Below, in pieces: positions 27,965 to 32,000 of a stretch of 32,000 nucleotides of DNA. A model generated the notes under the pieces. The model was given only the letters and a program-made list of their open reading frames with translations. It did not search any database and was not told where the DNA came from. Made by a program: the position numbers and the translations under genes. The DNA lies in sequence record OZ374717.1. The stretch is one strand, 5' to 3'. Position 1 is the stretch's first letter. Every line of letters starts with the position of its first letter.

Positions 27965-28282
27965 ATGTATATATTTGGTATTAAATTTAAACAGGATAAA
28001 AAAATATTTTATTTATTAAATTTTGTTTTAGGTTTAAATAAAAATAATTTAAAAACTATTTTTAAAAAAATTGGTTTTTCAAAAAATATAAAATTTTATG
28101 ATCTAACTCATAAACAAATTTTATATTTAATACAAATTATTAATTTTTTAAAAATTTTAACAACTAACAATCTAAAAAAATTAAAATTATTAACTTCAAA
28201 AAAACTAAACCGAATAAATACTATAAAAAATTGTCGATTTTTAAAAAAATTACCTATTAATAATACGATAAACATAAAATAA
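27965..28282 (+). CDS. rps13: ribosomal protein S13 (C-terminal tail shortened; stop lies at the edge of the repeat array)
   Basis: MYIFGIKFKQDKKIFYLLNFVLGLNKNNLKTIFKKIGFSKNIKFYDLTHKQI...IKNCRFLKKLPINNT follows the S13 pattern (i.Gv.ip..k.v..aLt.i.GiG...a..i....gi....k...Lt..q...l; yrG.RH...LPvrGQrT). Confidence 0.75.
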   Translation: MYIFGIKFKQDKKIFYLLNFVLGLNKNNLKTIFKKIGFSKNIKFYDLTHKQILYLIQIINFLKILTTNNLKKLKLLTSKKLNRINTIKNCRFLKKLPINNTINIK

Positions 28283-29168
28283 ACACAGTTTATAAAAAAG
28301 GGGGAAATAGGTAAAAACCTATCGTTTTAATAACAACAAACATTTATATTAATTATATTAAAATGAAAATTAAAAAATCATAAAATGATAAAATTGAATA
28401 AAAATAGTGACTGTAACAGTACTTTTTAACATATTTATTCGCAATGTTATCGTTTATTAAAAAAACCATATACTGTCAGTAAAAATAAACTATAAATTAT
28501 TATAAAAATATGAATTTAAAGGTAACCCCCTTTGTCTGTTATAAACAATTGCATTTTTGAATGATGGAATGCTGAAATCATAAAATTAAAATAAAAACAA
28601 TAAAATCATTATCATAAAATTAAATTAATAGTATTTTTAATATGTTAAAAAACGATAGATTAACGTGTTAAAAAAGGTGCACATTAATCATAAAATTATT
28701 AATTTTATAATACCTACTACAAATATGGTAAACATAAAACATAAAATAAACACAGTTTATAAAAAAGGGGGAAATAGGTAAAAACCTATCGTTTTAATAA
28801 CAACAAACATTTATATTAATTATATTAAAATGAAAATTAAAAAATCATAAAATGATAAAATTGAATAAAAATAGTGACTGTAACAGTACTTTTTAACATA
28901 TTTATTCGCAATGTTATCGTTTATTAAAAAAACCATATACTGTCAGTAAAAATAAACTATAAATTATTATAAAAATATGAATTTAAAGGTAACCCCCTTT
29001 GTCTGTTATAAACAATTGCATTTTTGAATGATGGAATGCTGAAATCATAAAATTAAAATAAAAACAATAAAATCATTATCATAAAATTAAATTAATAGTA
29101 TTTTTAATATGTTAAAAAACGATAGATTAACGTGTTAAAAAAGGTGCACATTAATCATAAAATTATTA
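28268..29168 (+). repeat. tandem repeat array A: 467-bp unit, about 1.9 copies, the two copies identical by eye
   Basis: The landmark cacagtttataaaaaagggggaaatagg occurs at 28284 and 28751 (period 467). Identity ends at 29168. Confidence 0.95.
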
Positions 29169-29482
29169 TAAAATGACAAAATTAAAAAGTAAAATTTATT
29201 GATTAAATTCCAGCTACACGTTCACGTTTTCACCATTTTTCCACCACGTTTCCACCCCACGTTCCGACTTCATATATAATTTAAAAATAAATTGGTTAAA
29301 AAAAAATAGTGTTGATTTAATTTAATTTAATAATAATGATCTGTTTTAAATATAAATTGATCATAATGATCTATTTTATAATTATATAAATATAAATTGA
29401 TTTTCTATATATTAATAATATATTAATAATAAATTAATTTTTAAATTTCCAATCCGTGGCCGTCTGGCCCTGAAGACAATAG

Positions 29483-29547
29483 CCATGCCGGCGATTGAGC
29501 AGAGCCCGTGTGGCGATTGAACACAGCCGTGTGGCGATTGAGCACAA
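29483..29547 (+). repeat. three tandem 21-22-bp GC-rich units containing GGCGATTGA(G/A)CA
   Basis: ggcgattga starts at 29490, 29512 and 29533 (gccggcgattgagcagagcc / cgtgtggcgattgaacacagc / cgtgtggcgattgagcacaat). Confidence 0.9.
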
Positions 29548-29889
29548 TTCCCTGTAAAGGGAACAAATGATCGAATTTAAATTTAAATTGATCATAATGA
29601 TCGAAATTGGCATAAAACTAATTATAATGATCAAAGTTGTTATAATATTATATCCAACATCATATAATATTCAATACGAAGTATTGAATATTATATATAT
29701 TAAATAAATCTAACAGATTTATTTAATATATTAGTATTAGTTAAACGATGTCATCGTTTAACTAATATATATTATACAAAATTTACATATTAACTAGATT
29801 ATAATGATCCAAACTGTATTAAAATTAGATAATTGTTATTAAATTGTTGTTAAAATTAGTTTTTTTATTTTAATTTGTAATAATTTTAT

Positions 29890-30360
29890 TTTCTTTGGTA
29901 TATAATATTCACACTACGTGTGAATATTATATATCAATATAAACAGTTGTCAACTGTTTATATTGGATGGTCATCCAGATAACTGCATTTTAATTTCTTG
30001 ATGAAATTAAAATTTATTCTCCTCGGTGACTAAATTGTCATAATCTAAAAAATAAAATCCTTGATGAATTTTATTTTTGTAGAACATGTCACAATTTACT
30101 CTATCGAGTTTTGTTACAAATAGTTACTTTATTTTAACTTATAATAACCTTACCTCTTTCGGTATATAATAATTCATGCGACGGAGCATGAATTATTATA
30201 TATGTATAAACAGTTGTCAACTGTTTATACTGTGGTGTTCACTCACATGCGTTTCGATTCGCTTGATGAAATCGAATCCTTAGTGAGCTCTGCACAGATT
30301 TGAAATGAACCTAAAAAACAAAATTCCTGATGAATTTTATTTTTGTAGAACCATTTAAAA
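29890..30360 (+). repeat. two diverged tandem copies of a ~265-bp four-hairpin module
   Basis: Corresponding landmarks are offset by 264-269 bp. Hairpin 1 is at 29899 vs 30163. Hairpin aaacagttGTCaactgttt is at 29935 vs 30204. CTTGATGAA loops are at 29997 vs 30262 and 30059 vs 30325. tttgtagaac is at 30076 vs 30343. Confidence 0.85.
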
Positions 30361-30520
30361 TCTTTTTTCTGCCTATTACCATCTGCAATATTGATCTGGT
30401 ACAGGCCTCGGAATTATTTGGTAATTGGCCTTTGTATCCAATATGTTAATAATTGGCTCCGAAGCCCTACTGACATCACAAATGATTTTCGACCTTGATC
30501 AGATGGCTCCTTCATCCGCC

Positions 30521-30606
30521 ATGTCCTCAATCGCCGGACGGCTTAGTATTATTATTAAATAGTATGTCCTCAATTGCCGGACGGCTAATATTCACACGAA
30601 GTGTGA
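30521..30606 (+). repeat. two 43-bp direct repeats starting ATGTCCTCAAT(C/T)GCCGGACGGCT, carrying the reverse complement of the 29490 motif
   Basis: Copies start at 30521 and 30564. ctcaatcgccgg is the exact reverse complement of ccggcgattgag at 29488..29499. Confidence 0.9.
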
Positions 30607-30688
30607 ATATTATAGATAATAAAATTCGTCGAATTTTATTATCTACTATGTACTTTCATTATATATTATTACGTAAGTAATATGTAGA

Positions 30689-30759
30689 CGGGGACCCTAA
30701 GTCTAGCGGATTGTCCCTCGGACAACCGCAGGTCCCCGCCCGGGCTGCCAGTGCAGCCC
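30689..30759. other. GC-rich structured element: nested long hairpin plus adjacent 7-bp hairpin
   Basis: Outer stem cggggacc (30689..30696) pairs with ggtccccg (30731..30738). Inner stem gcgg(a)ttgtcc-ctc-ggacaaccgc spans 30706..30729. A second hairpin gggctgc-cagt-gcagccc spans 30742..30759. Confidence 0.8.
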
Positions 30760-31120
30760 TTAGACTGATCGAAAAATTTGTAATATTTTTTAGTTGTGAA
30801 AAAAATAGTAGATTTAACATGTTAAAAAAGGTGTACATTAATTTTATAATTATTAAAAAATGAATAATTATAATAAAAATTCAATTTATTCAATTTCGAA
30901 AGAATTCCACTTTTTTTGTGATAGAATAATGAAATCATTAAATAATAATATTATTTATTTTATGTTCATAATTAACATTAAACATTAAATGACATTAAAA
31001 CGACAGGTATTAAGTAGTTCCCCTATTTTAGGGGATTGTATTTGGCGTTATTTAACACCATTTACAATTTGCACATAGAACAGTATTTGTTCTATGTTTT
31101 CTATTAATTCTATTAAAAAT

Positions 31121-32000
31121 AATAAAATTAATAGTATTTTTAATATGTTAAAAAACGATAGATTAACGTGTTAAAAAAGGTGCACATTAATCATAAAATT
31201 ATTAATTTTATAATACCTACTACAAATATGGTAAACATAAAACATAAAATAAACACAGTTTATAAAAAAGGGGGAAATAGGTAAAAACCTATCGTTTTAA
31301 TAACAACAAACATTTATATTAATTATATTAAAATGAAAATTAAAAAATCATAAAATGATAAAATTGAATAAAAATAGTGACTGTAACAGTACTTTTTAAC
31401 ATATTTATTCGCAATGTTATCGTTTATTAAAAAAACCATATACTATCAGTAAAAATAAACTATAAATTATTATAAAAATATGAATTTAAAGGTAACCCCC
31501 TTTGTCTGTTATAAACAATTGCATTTTTGAATGATAGAATGCTGAAATCATAAAATTAAAATAAAAACAATAAAATCATTATCATAAAATTAAATTAATA
31601 GTATTTTTAATATGTTAAAAAACGATAGATTAACGTGTTAAAAAAGGTGCACATTAATCATAAAATTATTAATTTTATAATACCTACTACAAATATGGTA
31701 AACATAAAACATAAAATAAACACAGTTTATAAAAAAGGGGGAAATAGGTAAAAACCTATCGTTTTAATAACAACAAACATTTATATTAATTATATTAAAA
31801 TGAAAATTAAAAAATCATAAAATGATAAAATTGAATAAAAATAGTGACTGTAACAGTACTTTTTAACATATTTATTCGCAATGTTATCGTTTATTAAAAA
31901 AACCATATACTATCAGTAAAAATAAACTATAAATTATTATAAAAATATGAATTTAAAGGTAACCCCCTTTGTCTGTTATAAACAATTGCATTTTTGAATG
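31121..32000 (+). repeat. tandem repeat array B: same 467-bp unit, same orientation, at least 1.9 copies, continues past the window end
   Basis: The landmark cacagtttataaaaaagggggaaatagg occurs at 31254 and 31721 (period 467). It differs from array A at two array-specific positions. Confidence 0.95.

Larger units (their letters stand above)
29169..31120. other. ORF-free, hairpin- and motif-dense non-coding region with GC islands, bracketed by the two 467-bp arrays (candidate control region)
   Basis: No credible ORF. There are at least 15 perfect or near-perfect inverted repeats and several short-motif families. GC-rich islands lie at about 29455-29565, 30395-30590 and 30687-30767, in an otherwise extremely AT-rich window. 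Confidence 0.8.

Noticed and set aside
28300-28525. Long-range pairing of aaaggggg (about 28300) with cccccttt (about 28525) and of ctatcgtttt with aaaacgatag inside the 467-bp unit
   Set aside because: The complementary 8-10-mers are real but short. The first is better explained as a relic of the rps13 tail. There is no independent support for a fold.
29434-29634. 66-aa minus-strand ORF and the 61-aa plus-strand ORF (30495..30680) in the structured region
   Set aside because: They are open only because they cross GC-rich repeats. The translation repeats CSIATR because of the 21-bp tandem units. They have no start context and overlap hairpins.
30325-30333. CUGAUGA (hammerhead core / C-box-like UGAUGA) in the CTTGATGAA hairpin loops
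   Set aside because: Only one of the four copies has exact CTGATGA; the others have an extra T. I found no GAAA block or helix II/III arrangement after it that would complete a hammerhead. Box C/D snoRNA-like RNAs are not expected in mitochondria. I treat it as a coincidental resemblance.
30687-30767. GC-rich element as tRNA-like, tmRNA, 5S rRNA or RNase P RNA
   Set aside because: There is no T-loop (TTCRANY) or cloverleaf. The conserved RNase P blocks (GGAAAGUC-like CR-I) are absent. The length and helix layout do not fit 5S. This cannot be excluded without covariance-model scans, so it stays an unassigned structure.
28268-32000. Tandem repeats as a CRISPR array or other prokaryotic system
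   Set aside because: The units are 467 bp and contiguous with no unique spacers. The context is unambiguously mitochondrial (respiratory-chain genes, mitochondrial-type tRNAs). No cas-like or other accessory ORFs are present.

Overview
This window is organellar DNA: a very AT-rich, intron-free, tightly packed mitochondrial genome segment of the heterokont/ochrophyte algal type. Supporting features are a mitochondrial tatC, a large rps/rpl set, atp8 starting MPQFD, and nad11 split into two ORFs. The code looks standard: the only trnW has anticodon CCA, Trp codons seen are TGG, and TGA ends nad3 and rps2. I support 35 protein genes: nad1-7, 4L, 9, 11a/11b; cob; cox1-3; atp6/8/9; tatC; rpl2/5/6/14/16; rps2/3/4/7/8/10/11/12/13/14; and one unassigned ORF. 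I also hand-folded 18 tRNAs. No rRNA genes lie in the window. Positions 1-28282 are ordinary gene-dense mtDNA, with local oddities: (1) a nad11 fission marked by a 28-bp tandem duplication; (2) an rps7 missing from the ORF track because it has no ATG/GTG/TTG start; (3) GTG/TTG starts on several genes; and (4) gene/tRNA overlaps. The accessory part is 28268-32000. Two direct arrays of a 467-bp tandem repeat bracket about 1.95 kb of ORF-free sequence full of perfect hairpins, GC islands and motif families, one with covarying stems around a conserved loop. A partial copy of the repeat unit also sits just upstream of cob. I read this as a candidate control region (origin/promoter/processing) and recombination substrate, by inference only. 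I see no evidence for a novel protein-based system. Product calls rest on motif recognition by eye and tRNA ends on hand folding (about +/-2 nt); no database search or folding program was run.
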